This document shows, one piece after another, positions 37,101 through 45,698 of a DNA stretch of 61,717 nt. The stretch is from Oscillospiraceae bacterium (GTDB lineage Bacteria > Bacillota > Clostridia > Oscillospirales > Oscillospiraceae). The position numbers and the translations under genes were made by a program. Every line of letters begins with the position of its first letter. The stretch's first letter is position 1. The stretch spans positions 1 to 61,717 of the forward strand of contig JAFTBW010000073.1 in the NCBI GenBank assembly GCA_017455015.1. The letters are read 5' to 3'. The notes beneath the pieces are model-generated. The model was not told where the DNA came from and searched no databases. It saw nothing but the letters and a program-made list of their open reading frames with translations.

Positions 37101-37778
37101 CAGCTCGGAGGGACCCTCGCCGAGATAATACTTCTCCTGGAGCTTTTCCAGGTCAAATACCTTTACGTAGGTCTCCCGGTCCGAGGCCACGGGCATATTG
37201 GCCATGCGCACGTTGATGAGGTCCGTGATCGGCGCGCCGGGCTTGTCCACGTCGTAGAGGTCCGTGCCGTGGACCTCCTCCACCACGCCCTTTGTCAGAT
37301 TGGAGCGCAGGGCGGCAAGGCTCTGGCTGGACAGCGCCTCCAGCTCCTTGTTCAGCTCCCGGTACATGGCCATGGTCTGCTGCTGGCTCTGCTTTAGCTC
37401 CGTCACGTCGGTATAGGTGCAGTAGGCGTACTGCACGCCGTCCTGCTTGACAAAGGCGTAGTGGACGGTGACCCAGATCTCGCCGCCCAGGACCGTGCGC
37501 TTGCGGAATGTCAGGCTGTTGGAGCCGTCCCGGGCGACCTGGTTCTGAAACAGATAGGCAACGCGCTCCCGGTCCTCCGGGTGGACGGAGATCATGCCCT
37601 CGCCGCTCTCAAAGAGGATGCACTCCTCCTCCGTTCCCTCCATCATCTCCGCGTACTCGTGGGAACACCAGACCGGGCGGTACGCCCCATCGGCGTCCAC
37701 CTGCATCAGCACGGAGTTGTTGTCCAACGATTCAAAGAGCTTTTCGTAGAATCCTGTCTCAAAGTGCAACATAAGCAT
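34182..37778 (-). CDS. Cytoplasmic hybrid sensor histidine kinase / response regulator (PAS + duplicated sensory module + HisKA-HATPase + 2 REC)
   Basis: 1198 aa; the true start may be the second ATG at 37772, 7 nt from AGGAG. H-box SHEIRTPMNAI, G-boxes DTGVGM/GSTGLGM, REC motifs DLRMPEQDG and MDVRMPVMTG. No TM segment. Confidence 0.9.
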   Translation of the reverse strand: MLMLHFETGFYEKLFESLDNNSVLMQVDADGAYRPVWCSHEYAEMMEGTEEECILFESGEGMISVHPEDRERVAYLFQNQVARDGSNSLTFRKRTVLGGEIWVTVHYAFVKQDGVQYAYCTYTDVTELKQSQQQTMAMYRELNKELEALSSQSLAALRSNLTKGVVEEVHGTDLYDVDKPGAPITDLINVRMANMPVASDRETYVKVFDLEKLQEKYYLGEGPSELVFFSRRQSGRQCFIKYSAAMRRDPETGDVIVLGVETEYNSQKVSEVLNEKVLAKQYDMVCYIVDNNYGVTIGDAANIKKGSIFPKQRDGIYMDYLREQVFPVVPEAERELIRSALSLETIAAKLEEEESYSVDVVCEIGGETFTKRFTYYTVDRETRFYILLKSDITEILREQRERERTQTIHNSMVDQFNAIADESLTVIRSNMSTGLIEDIRGNDLYPSDYVGNTVPAYAASRLESLLVESDREKYIETFDMERLLERTARGLGPATLVCYCRRASGRQCFVRFSGSASRNPVTGDVDAFGIETEYNSEMITDVMNRKILAQQYDMVTYLVGGYYGVTIGDAANIARGSIFPKKRDGVYMDYVQEQVLPVVPEEEREATASALLLETVEKVLETEDSYSVDVTCAIGGEIFNKRFTFYPVNRDTQFYILLKSDVTEVLMEQRVRNELLANALSEAERANAAKTSFLSSMSHEIRTPMNAIIGLDSIALSDPDLPPKTREQLEKIGGSAKHLLSLINDILDMSRIESGRMTLKSEEFSFREILEQINTMINGQCQDKGLVYDCRITGHVEDFYIGDAMKLKQVIINILGNAVKFTPEGGTVTFLVEPVSQYEDKATLRFVMKDTGVGMDKAFLPKIFEAFSQEDSNKANKYGSTGLGMAITKNIVEMMNGNIAVESEKGVGSTFTVTVTLKKSGKKAQAGGGLRPQDMRVLIIDDDPVACEHARLVLEEVGIVSDSCYSGREAMEMLRLAHARREAYNLILVDLRMPEQDGVEVTRAIRELYNGESTIIILTAYSWDDVMEDAIAAGVDSFMSKPLFASGVLEEFQLAIARKSVSHEDVHRADLTGKHILLAEDMLINAEIMKELLGMREMEVDHAENGQIVVEMFQNSPENTYDAILMDVRMPVMTGLEATAAIRALPRADAKTVPIIAMTANAFDEDVQRSLQVGMNAHLSKPVEPEHLYETLEILIQD

Positions 37779-37911
37779 GCTCCTATCCGTGTCTCAATAC
37801 CGGTTCAAATCTCCCCCGCATTGCTGTCTGCTATAACTCAATTTTAAATTATAACACGATTGGTGGGTTTTCGCAAGAGCGGCGAAACTATCATTTTCAG
37901 CCCTATCATTT

Positions 37912-38424
37912 TCAGCAGTCATGTCCGGCATCCTCCGCGAATTCCGGGTCGTTGACGAAAAGGCCGCTCTTGCCTCCGGTCTTTTTCGCCAGGTGGATGC
38001 CTGTGATCTCCATCCGCTTGTCGATGGCCTTGCACATATCGTAAATCGTGAGCAGCGCCGCGCTGACCCCGGTCAGGGCCTCCATCTCGACGCCGGTCTG
38101 TCCCCGCAGGGACGCCGTACACACCGCCTCCACCGCGTTCTCGGACTCCAGAATCCGAAAGTCCACCGTACACCGCCCCAAAGGCAGCGGATGACAGAGA
38201 GGGATCAGCTCGCCGGTGCGCTTGGCCGCCATGATCCCGGCGATTCTCGCCACGCCCAGCACGTCGCCCTTGGCGGCCGTTCCCTCCCGGATCACCCGAA
38301 GCGTCTCCGCTCCGACGCGGATGCGCCCTTTGGCGATTGCGGTCCGGTCCGTCTCCGCTTTTGCGGTGACGTCCACCATGACCGCCTGTCCGCGCTCATC
38401 AAAATGCGTCAGCTTTGGTTCCAT
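37912..38424 (-). CDS. moaC: Cyclic pyranopterin monophosphate synthase
   Basis: 170 aa starting [10 protein letters not shown], with MVDVTAK, LCHPLPL and GVEMEALTG motifs. Confidence 0.9.
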   Translation of the reverse strand: MEPKLTHFDERGQAVMVDVTAKAETDRTAIAKGRIRVGAETLRVIREGTAAKGDVLGVARIAGIMAAKRTGELIPLCHPLPLGRCTVDFRILESENAVEAVCTASLRGQTGVEMEALTGVSAALLTIYDMCKAIDKRMEITGIHLAKKTGGKSGLFVNDPEFAEDAGHDC

Positions 38425-38673
38425 CTTTTCAGTCGCTCCGTCTGTCTGTTTTCTCCGCCGCGGCGTCTCGCACGGCAGACGCCGTTTTTCGGTCCGTCCC
38501 ACCTATGATTATACGATGATTTTGCTTTCCGTCAAGACAGCTATTTTCGTGAAGTGACATTTTTTCAGAAAACCGCTGTACCGGCGGGGGGAAACGTAGT
38601 ATACTGTGGGAGTGACGGGCCGGAAACGGCGTCGCCCCGAAAAGCCAGGAAGTCAGAGAGAGGAAGCCGGAAC

Positions 38674-39929
38674 ATGGAAGCCTTGAAAAAAGGCCGCCGG
38701 AAACACACGTTCAGCCGGCGGCACTGGATGGTCATTCTATTCGGATTTTTGCTGTATTACTTCTGTAACGCCTGTATGACAGACGGCATGAACGTGATTG
38801 CGCCGCGGCTTGCCCGGGAGCAGGGCTGGGATTATGCCTATATGCTCTCCTTTGCCACGCTGTCGGGCTGCGTGAGCGTGTTCGGGCAGCTTGGCTTCGG
38901 CGTGCTCTGCCGCTTTCTGGGTCCCCGGAAGACCATCAGCCTCGCGCTGGCCGGCGCGGGGGCGTTCATCCTGCTGTACGGCTTTGCCGGGAGCATCCCC
39001 GTGTATGTGATCGCGCTGTGCGGCGTCGTGACCTGTTCCAGCTCCTACGCCTACGTGGGTGTGGGCGCGCTGCTGGGAAACTGGTTCCCGGAGAAAAAGG
39101 GCATTGCCTCCGGCTATTCCTCCATCGGCATCCCCGCCTCCACGGCCACCTCCGTGGCGGCGTTCACCTTTGCGTTCTCGCATGCGGGCTTTACGCCGGT
39201 GATGGCGGGGGTCTCCGTTGCGCTGTTCGCGCTTTCCGTCCTCGCCTTTGTGCTTCTGCGGGACACCCCCGAGGAGCTTGGGGAGTACCCCGACGGAAAA
39301 GCGCCGGCGGAGGAAAAGCGCCAGGACGCGGCGGCGGAGGGTTCCGGGAAACAGCTCACGTTCCGGGACATGCTGGGCATCCGGGAGATGTGGCTGGTGG
39401 GGATCATATTCGGGCTGTTCAGCGTCGTGACCACCGGCGTCATGGGACAGTTCGTAATCCGCCACCGGCAGTCCGGCTTCAGCGAATCGGAGACGCTGGC
39501 GCTGTTGACCGCCTGCGCCCTGATCGGAATGGCGGGCAGCCCCATCCAGGGCCGTCTGGAGAACGCGCTGGGGACGAGGCGGGGCTTTCAGGTCTGCTGC
39601 GGGATCTTTTTGCGGCCATACTGCTGAATTTTACGGACAACCGGGCACTCATCTATGCCTCAATCGTGTGTATCGGCATCTGCATCACCGGCTTTCCCAT
39701 CTACCTCACGAGCTTTCTGATCAACATCTTCGGGCGGGAGAATTTCAAGACCGCCTACGCCATCGCCTTTCCGCTGTCGAGCCTGATCGGCCAGACCGCT
39801 TTCCTGTTCACCGCGCTGGCGCTGCGAGCGTTCGGCGAGATGCGCTTTGCCTATCTGCTGTTTGCCGCCATGCTGCTCCTGGCGTTTGTGCTGAGCCGGT
39901 TCCTGCGGATGGAACGAACGGATGCATGA
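38674..39929 (+). pseudogene. MFS transporter (OFA-like) interrupted by a frameshift
   Basis: The N-terminal ~310 aa are in the frame of ORF 38554-39627 and the C-terminal ~105 aa are in the frame of ORF 39018-39929. Adding one T to the T5 run at 39607-39611 gives a continuous hydrophobic sequence GFQVCCGIFFAAILLNF. Confidence 0.7.
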
Positions 39930-40001
39930 ATGGACGGGCGCCGCCAGGTTATAGAACCGCCGCCTGCGCGGTATACTACCCAAAAATGCACGGAGGCGGC
40001 A

Positions 40002-40679
40002 ATGGAAATACTTCAAATCGCAGGCACGGCGACATTCTCCGCCGCGGTGTTGTTTGTCATCGCAAAGGTCATGGGCCACAAGGAGATCGCCCAACTGGAT
40101 TTCTTCGACTATCTGTCCGGCATCACCCTCGGCTCCATCGCCGCAGAGCTGGCCACGGAGCTGGAAACGCCGTGGAAGCCGCTGTGCGCCATGGCCGTGT
40201 ACGGCGGCATTGCGCTGGGACTGGACGCGCTGGCAAACCGTTTCGCAAAGGCCCGGAAGTATGTGAACGGAACGCCGACCATCCTCTTTGACAAGGGAAA
40301 GCTCTACCGGGAAAACCTGAAAAAGGCCAAGCTGAATCTGAGCGATTTTCTGATGCTGTGCCGCCAGGCGGGCTACTTCAATCTCGCCGACATTCAAACG
40401 GCGGTGTTTGAGAGCAACGGCAGGCTCTCCGTCCTCCCATGCAGCGAAAGCCGTCCCGCGACGAGAGCAGACATGGCGCTCTCTCCGCCCCAGGAGGAGC
40501 TCAGCGTCGAGGTCATCATGGACGGGCGCATCCTGGACGAGAATCTGCACCGCATGGGACTGGACGTGAAATGGCTGCAAAAGCAGCTCTCCGCCCAGGG
40601 ATACCGCAGCGCGAAGGAGGTCTTTCTTGGCCTGTGCGACAGCTTGCACCGGCTGTCCCTGTACGCAAACCGGCACTGA
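40002..40679 (+). CDS. DUF421 (YetF-like) membrane protein
   Basis: 225 aa starting MEILQIAG (GGAGG RBS): N-terminal TM helices followed by a soluble C-terminal domain. Confidence 0.7.
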   Translation: MEILQIAGTATFSAAVLFVIAKVMGHKEIAQLDFFDYLSGITLGSIAAELATELETPWKPLCAMAVYGGIALGLDALANRFAKARKYVNGTPTILFDKGKLYRENLKKAKLNLSDFLMLCRQAGYFNLADIQTAVFESNGRLSVLPCSESRPATRADMALSPPQEELSVEVIMDGRILDENLHRMGLDVKWLQKQLSAQGYRSAKEVFLGLCDSLHRLSLYANRH

Positions 40680-40681
40680 AT

Positions 40682-40722
40682 CGCCGCGGCGTCGGTGTTG
40701 TCCGACGCCGCGGCGGTTTCTC
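40682..40722 (+). terminator. Intrinsic terminator
   Basis: CGCCGCGGCGTCGG-tgttg-TCCGACGCCGCGGCG followed by GTTTCTC. Confidence 0.7.
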
Positions 40723-40793
40723 AGAATTTCCTTTTCAACGGCTTTTCCTCCCCCTCCGGGGGAGGAAAAGCCCGCAAAGGAACAGATACTGCC

Positions 40794-40917
40794 CCTAACC
40801 CGGATAAACCGGAAAAGTGGTCAGTGGTTAGTGGTTAGTGGTTAGTGATATAGACGGATCACAAATCTCCGGATAAAAAGATTTTGCCATTTTGCGAAAT
40901 CTTTCGGCCATAAGAGC
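40794..40917 (-). repeat. Family-3 repeat, copy 3b
   Basis: About 95% identical to 7451-7575. The array is GTGGTCA x1 plus GTGGTTA x3. Starts directly after the TAG stop of the minus-strand gene 40918-42897. Confidence 0.85.
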
Positions 40918-42897
40918 CTATTCCAATTCCGCCAGGGAGTCTGCGGGCTGACGGCAGGCTCCGTTCTTGCAGAGATAGTACCGCGCTCCCGTCTCCGGGA
41001 TCGGGTAATCCGCAGTAAAAGGCGCGATTGCCGCAAGGCGTCCGGCTGTCTCCTCCGTTTTGACCAGCACCGCGATCCCGTCCGGCGCGCGCTCCCGCAG
41101 CCAGGGGAAAAGCTCCGCAGGAATCCGGCGGGCGGCGCAGATCAGCTCCCCCGCGGGCCACAGGACCTCGGAAAAGCCGTACAGCGCAAAGGCGTGGCCC
41201 GCGGGCTGCTCCGCCGCCCGGCCGGCCAGCCAGCGGCTTTGCAGCCGGGCGGCGCTGCGCCAGCGCTCCTCCCCGGTGAGCCGCCCGAGGCGGGAGAGGG
41301 CCAGCGCGGCCGCGGCGTTGCCGGAGGGCATCGCGCCGTCGTAGGCCTCCTTTTTGCGGGTGATGAGCTGCTCGCCGTCCGAGGCATAGGGGTAAAAGCC
41401 GCCGCGGTCGCTGTCAAAGAACAGCTCCAGCAGCGTATCGCACAGACGGCAGGTCTCCTCCAGCCAGGGCAGCTCCACGGTCGCGCCGTAGAGCTCCAGC
41501 AGTCCCCAGGCAAGGAAAGCATAGTCGTCCAGCTTGCCCGGATGGGCCGCCTCGCCGTCGCGCCAGCGGGAGAGAAGATGCCCCTGCCCGTCGGAGAGCC
41601 TGCCCCGGAGAAATGACGCGGCGGAGACGGCGGCGTTCGTATAGCGGGGCTCGTCAAAGACCAGACCCGCGCGGGCCAGGGCTGCGATCATCAGGCCGTT
41701 CCACGCGGTGAGCACCTTGTCGTCCCGGTGGAGGGCAGTCCGCTCCCGGCGATAGACGGCGGCCTTGCGCCGCATTGCTTCGATTTTCTCAGAAGCATCT
41801 GCCCAGTCGGGCGCGTCCAGCAGGTTCGGGATGCTCCTGCCGTGGAAATTGCCCTGCGGCGTGATGCCGAAGCGGGCGCAGAAGGCCGCAGCGCCGTCCC
41901 CCAGCGGGCCGCGCAGCTCCTCCGGCGTGAAGACGTAGTACTTCCCTTCCACGCCCTCGCTGTCCGCGTCCTGCCCGCAGTAAAAGCCCCCGGCAGGGTC
42001 CCGCAGCTCCCGCAGCACATAGTCCAGCGTCTCCATGGCGGCGCGGCGCATCCAGGCCCTGCCTTCGGCGCGCCACGCATCGGTCAGGCTGAGCGCCAGC
42101 AGCGCGTTGTCATAGAGCATCTTTTCAAAGTGGGGTACCAGCCAGCGGCGATCGGTGGCATAGCGGGAGAAGCCGCCGCCGATGTGGTCATAGATGCCGC
42201 CGCGGTACATGGCCTCCAGCGTCCGCTCCGCCATCCGGCGGGCGGGGACGTCCCCCGCTGCCGAAGCATACCGCAGCAAAAACAGCAGATTGTGCGCCGA
42301 CGGGAACTTCGGCGCTCTGCCGAAGCCTCCCCATTCCCCGTCAAAGATGCGGGAAAACGCGCCTGCGCCTGCCTCCGGCAGCGCGCGTACCGGCTCCTCC
42401 CCCGCGCTGTCGGAGGCTTTGCGCAGCAGCCCGGTCAGTTCCTCCCCCGCGCCCAGCAGGCTCTCCCGATCCGTGCGCCAGAGCGCAGCCGCCCGTTCCA
42501 GCAGGGCAAGAAGCTGCCCCTTCGGCAGATAGGTCCCCGCCCAAAAGGGCAACTGGTCCGGCGTCAGAAGCACGGTCAGGGGCCAGCCGCCGGAGCCGTT
42601 CAGGGCGAGGCAGGCGTCCATATACACTGCGTCCACATCGGGGCGCTCCTCCCGGTCCACCTTGACGGGGATAAAATCCCGGTTCAGCGCCTCTGCCACC
42701 TGCGCATCCTCAAAGGACTCGTGCGCCATCACATGGCACCAGTGGCAGGTGGAGTAGCCGATGCTCAGAAACACCGGTCTGTCCTCCGCCTTCGCGGCCG
42801 CGAAAGCCTCCGCACCCCAGGGACGCCAGTCCACGGGATTCCCCGCGTGCTGAAGCAGATAGGGCGATTTCTCGAATTGCAATCGGTTCATTTTCAT
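40918..42897 (-). CDS. Thioredoxin-domain protein (DUF255/YyaL-like, N-terminal Trx fold + six-hairpin glycosidase-like domain)
   Basis: About 659 aa starting [14 protein letters not shown]; an alternative ATG lies at 42891. Active-site-like [11 protein letters not shown]. Confidence 0.8.
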   Translation of the reverse strand: MKMNRLQFEKSPYLLQHAGNPVDWRPWGAEAFAAAKAEDRPVFLSIGYSTCHWCHVMAHESFEDAQVAEALNRDFIPVKVDREERPDVDAVYMDACLALNGSGGWPLTVLLTPDQLPFWAGTYLPKGQLLALLERAAALWRTDRESLLGAGEELTGLLRKASDSAGEEPVRALPEAGAGAFSRIFDGEWGGFGRAPKFPSAHNLLFLLRYASAAGDVPARRMAERTLEAMYRGGIYDHIGGGFSRYATDRRWLVPHFEKMLYDNALLALSLTDAWRAEGRAWMRRAAMETLDYVLRELRDPAGGFYCGQDADSEGVEGKYYVFTPEELRGPLGDGAAAFCARFGITPQGNFHGRSIPNLLDAPDWADASEKIEAMRRKAAVYRRERTALHRDDKVLTAWNGLMIAALARAGLVFDEPRYTNAAVSAASFLRGRLSDGQGHLLSRWRDGEAAHPGKLDDYAFLAWGLLELYGATVELPWLEETCRLCDTLLELFFDSDRGGFYPYASDGEQLITRKKEAYDGAMPSGNAAAALALSRLGRLTGEERWRSAARLQSRWLAGRAAEQPAGHAFALYGFSEVLWPAGELICAARRIPAELFPWLRERAPDGIAVLVKTEETAGRLAAIAPFTADYPIPETGARYYLCKNGACRQPADSLAELE

Positions 42898-43235
42898 CTC
42901 CAGGCTTCGGAACCGTCCCCCCTCTCCGAGGAGAGGCACGGTTCATGGTATATCTTTTTTTATTTTAGCGCGGAATTGGACGAATATACCGTTGATACCG
43001 CGTCATTTCAGAATATGATTCAAGGCCATTGGGCCAAAAGACCTTTGAAGCGCAGGTCATGTTTCATTACAGTCTGAGCCCCTGCCGGAAATCTTTTTCT
43101 GATTTCGCGGAAAACCGGAAAAAAGGTCGGGCAATGCGCAATTCCTCCCGTGACAGAGGCCGGTCACGTGTGTTACAATAGGGCAGAGAATGTATACCCG
43201 CGGCGCGGGTCAACTCAGATTTGAGGAGGAACAGC

Positions 43236-45698
43236 ATGAAACAGCAAAAATGGAATGGCGGCTGGAAATTCTGGCCGGACAAGGACGCATTCGCCCTGGT
43301 ATGGAGCATCCCGGAGAACGCCCGGGACGTGACCCTGCCCCACGACGCCATGATCGAGAGTCCCGCCCGGGCGGACAGCCCCAACGGCGGCAACACCGGC
43401 TACCGGGACGGCGGGAACTACACCTATGTGAAGCTGCTGCGCCTGGAGGAAGCGGACCTGGGGAAAAAGTACATCCTGAAATTTGAGGGCGTCTACTGTC
43501 ACGCGCTGGTGTATGTCAACCAGCAGCTTGCCGGCAGCGAGGCAAACGGCTACAGCACGTTTTACGCGGATCTGACGCCGCTGCTGCGCGCAGGCGAGAA
43601 CGAGATTCGCGTCCAGGTTCGCAACGCGGGCATGACCAACTCCCGCTGGTACTCCGGCAGCGGCATCTACCGCGACGTGTACCTGTTCTCCTCCGGCGCT
43701 GCCTATATCGAGCCGGACAGCGTCCTCATTTCCACCGAGAACGCGGACGGCGAGCTGGCCCTGCTCACGGTTCGGACGACCGTTGCCAATGAGACGCCGC
43801 TGTCCCGGACCTTCCGGCTGCAAACCGGCATTCTCTCCGGCAGCGGCGCGGAGGCGGGAGCGGAGCGCACATCGTTCTTCCTCAAGGCGGGGGAGCGCAG
43901 GACGCTGACCCAGCGCATCCTGGTCCGAAACCCCGCCCTCTGGTCGGAGGACAGCCCCGCGCTCTACACCGCCTGTGTGACGCTCTCAGACGGGGAAGAT
44001 GCCATCGACAAAGCCGATACCGTGTTCGGCATCCGCACCCTGGCCCTGGACGCGGCGCGGGGCTTTCGCGTCAACGGCCGGACGGTCAAGCTCCGGGGGG
44101 CCTGCATCCACCACGACAGCGGCGTCCTCGGGGCGGCCACCTACTATGACGCCCAGTACCGGCAGGTCCGGCTGCTGAAGGAGGCGGGCTTCAACGCCAT
44201 CCGCATGTCCCACCACCCGGCTGCCCCGGCGCTGCTGCGCGCCTGCGACGAAGTGGGCATGTACGTCATGGACGAGTTTTCCGACATGTGGCAGCGGGCG
44301 AAAAACGACCTGGACTACGCCCTGGATTTTGACAAATGGTGGGAAAACGACCTGCGCCTCATGGTCAAAAAGGACTTCAACCACCCCTCCGTGGTCCTCT
44401 ACTCCGTGGGCAACGAGATCCCGGAGATCGGCACGGACGGCGGCAGCCTGACAAACGCAAAGATCTCCGGACTCATGAAGGAGCTGGACCCCGCCCGCTT
44501 CACCACCGCCGGCATCAACGGCGTGTTCGCCGCGGGGGACCAGATGGGGCGCATTATGGCGGACATCACCCGGGACATGCGCGATTCCGGGGAGATCAGC
44601 GGCAACGTCAACGACTTCATGACCGTCATGGACACGAAGATGGATGAGATCGTCGTGCATGAGGCCATCTCCGAGCGCCTGGAGAAAGCCTGCGCCGGCC
44701 TGGACGTGGCGGGCTACAACTACATGGCCGCGCGCTATGAGCCGGACAGCGTGAACTACCCCAACCGGGTGATGGTGGGCTCCGAGACCTACCCGCCGGA
44801 CATCGCCCGCAACTGGGCGCTGGTGGAAAAGCTGCCCGCCGTCATCGGCGACTTCACCTGGACCGGCTGGGACTACATCGGCGAGGCCGGCGTGGGCATT
44901 CCCGCCTACCGCTTCGGCGAGGGCGGCTTCGGCGCGCAGTTCCCCTGTCAGTTGGCCTATTGCGGAGATATGGACCTGACCGGCTTCCGCCGCCCCCTGT
45001 CCTATTACCGGGAGATCGTCTTCGGCCTGCGGGAGACGCCCTACATCGCCGTGCAGAACCCCCATCACTACGGGGAGACGCTGATCAAGACCCCATGGGT
45101 CATGAGCGACGCGATCGAGAGCTGGAACTGGCCCGGCTGCGAGGGAAAACCTGCGGTGGTGGAGGTCTACGCGCCGGGCGACGAGGTTGAGCTTTTCCGG
45201 AACGGCGTGAGCCTCGGGAGGAAAAAGCCGGAGAGCTTCCGCGCCCTCTTTGAGACGGTCTACGAGCCGGGAAGCCTGCGGGCCGTAGCTTACCGGGACG
45301 GAGTGGAAAAGGGCAGCTATGAGCTGCGCAGCCCCGGCGCGGATGTCCGGCTCGCGCTGCGCGCGGACTGCTGCGGGCAGGAGCTGGTCTACCTCACCGC
45401 CCAGCTTTGCGACGGGGAGGGCGTCCCCGTCACCGGCGCGGACGAGCTTCTGACGGCCTGCGCGGAGGGGGCGGAGCTGCTGGGCTTTGGCAGCGGGGAC
45501 CCCAGACCCGCCCGCAATTACAACGAGGGCGCGGCCGAAACCTGGCTGGGTCGGGCGCAGCTTGTTCTGAAAAAGACCGGAGAAGAGAACATCACGGTGC
45601 GCGTCAGCACCCAGTCCGGGAAAACCGCACAAATCACGCTTCCAATCATATCAAATCAAGCCGACAAACGCAAGAAAGGACGGGCAGCAGAAATATGA
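43236..45698 (+). CDS. Glycoside hydrolase family 2 protein (beta-galactosidase/beta-glucuronidase-like)
   Basis: 820 aa starting MKQQKWNGG (GAGGAGGA RBS). WYSGSGIYRDVYL, IRMSHHP and VGNEIP (acid/base Glu context). Confidence 0.8.
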   Translation: MKQQKWNGGWKFWPDKDAFALVWSIPENARDVTLPHDAMIESPARADSPNGGNTGYRDGGNYTYVKLLRLEEADLGKKYILKFEGVYCHALVYVNQQLAGSEANGYSTFYADLTPLLRAGENEIRVQVRNAGMTNSRWYSGSGIYRDVYLFSSGAAYIEPDSVLISTENADGELALLTVRTTVANETPLSRTFRLQTGILSGSGAEAGAERTSFFLKAGERRTLTQRILVRNPALWSEDSPALYTACVTLSDGEDAIDKADTVFGIRTLALDAARGFRVNGRTVKLRGACIHHDSGVLGAATYYDAQYRQVRLLKEAGFNAIRMSHHPAAPALLRACDEVGMYVMDEFSDMWQRAKNDLDYALDFDKWWENDLRLMVKKDFNHPSVVLYSVGNEIPEIGTDGGSLTNAKISGLMKELDPARFTTAGINGVFAAGDQMGRIMADITRDMRDSGEISGNVNDFMTVMDTKMDEIVVHEAISERLEKACAGLDVAGYNYMAARYEPDSVNYPNRVMVGSETYPPDIARNWALVEKLPAVIGDFTWTGWDYIGEAGVGIPAYRFGEGGFGAQFPCQLAYCGDMDLTGFRRPLSYYREIVFGLRETPYIAVQNPHHYGETLIKTPWVMSDAIESWNWPGCEGKPAVVEVYAPGDEVELFRNGVSLGRKKPESFRALFETVYEPGSLRAVAYRDGVEKGSYELRSPGADVRLALRADCCGQELVYLTAQLCDGEGVPVTGADELLTACAEGAELLGFGSGDPRPARNYNEGAAETWLGRAQLVLKKTGEENITVRVSTQSGKTAQITLPIISNQADKRKKGRAAEI

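Noticed and set aside
38425-38530. Moco riboswitch in the moaC 5' UTR
   Set aside because: The UTR downstream of the candidate TTGACG-16-TATAAT promoter is only ~85 nt. It contains a single hairpin (GGCGTCT...AGACGCC). I could not match it to the multi-stem Moco motif from memory, so the evidence is insufficient.
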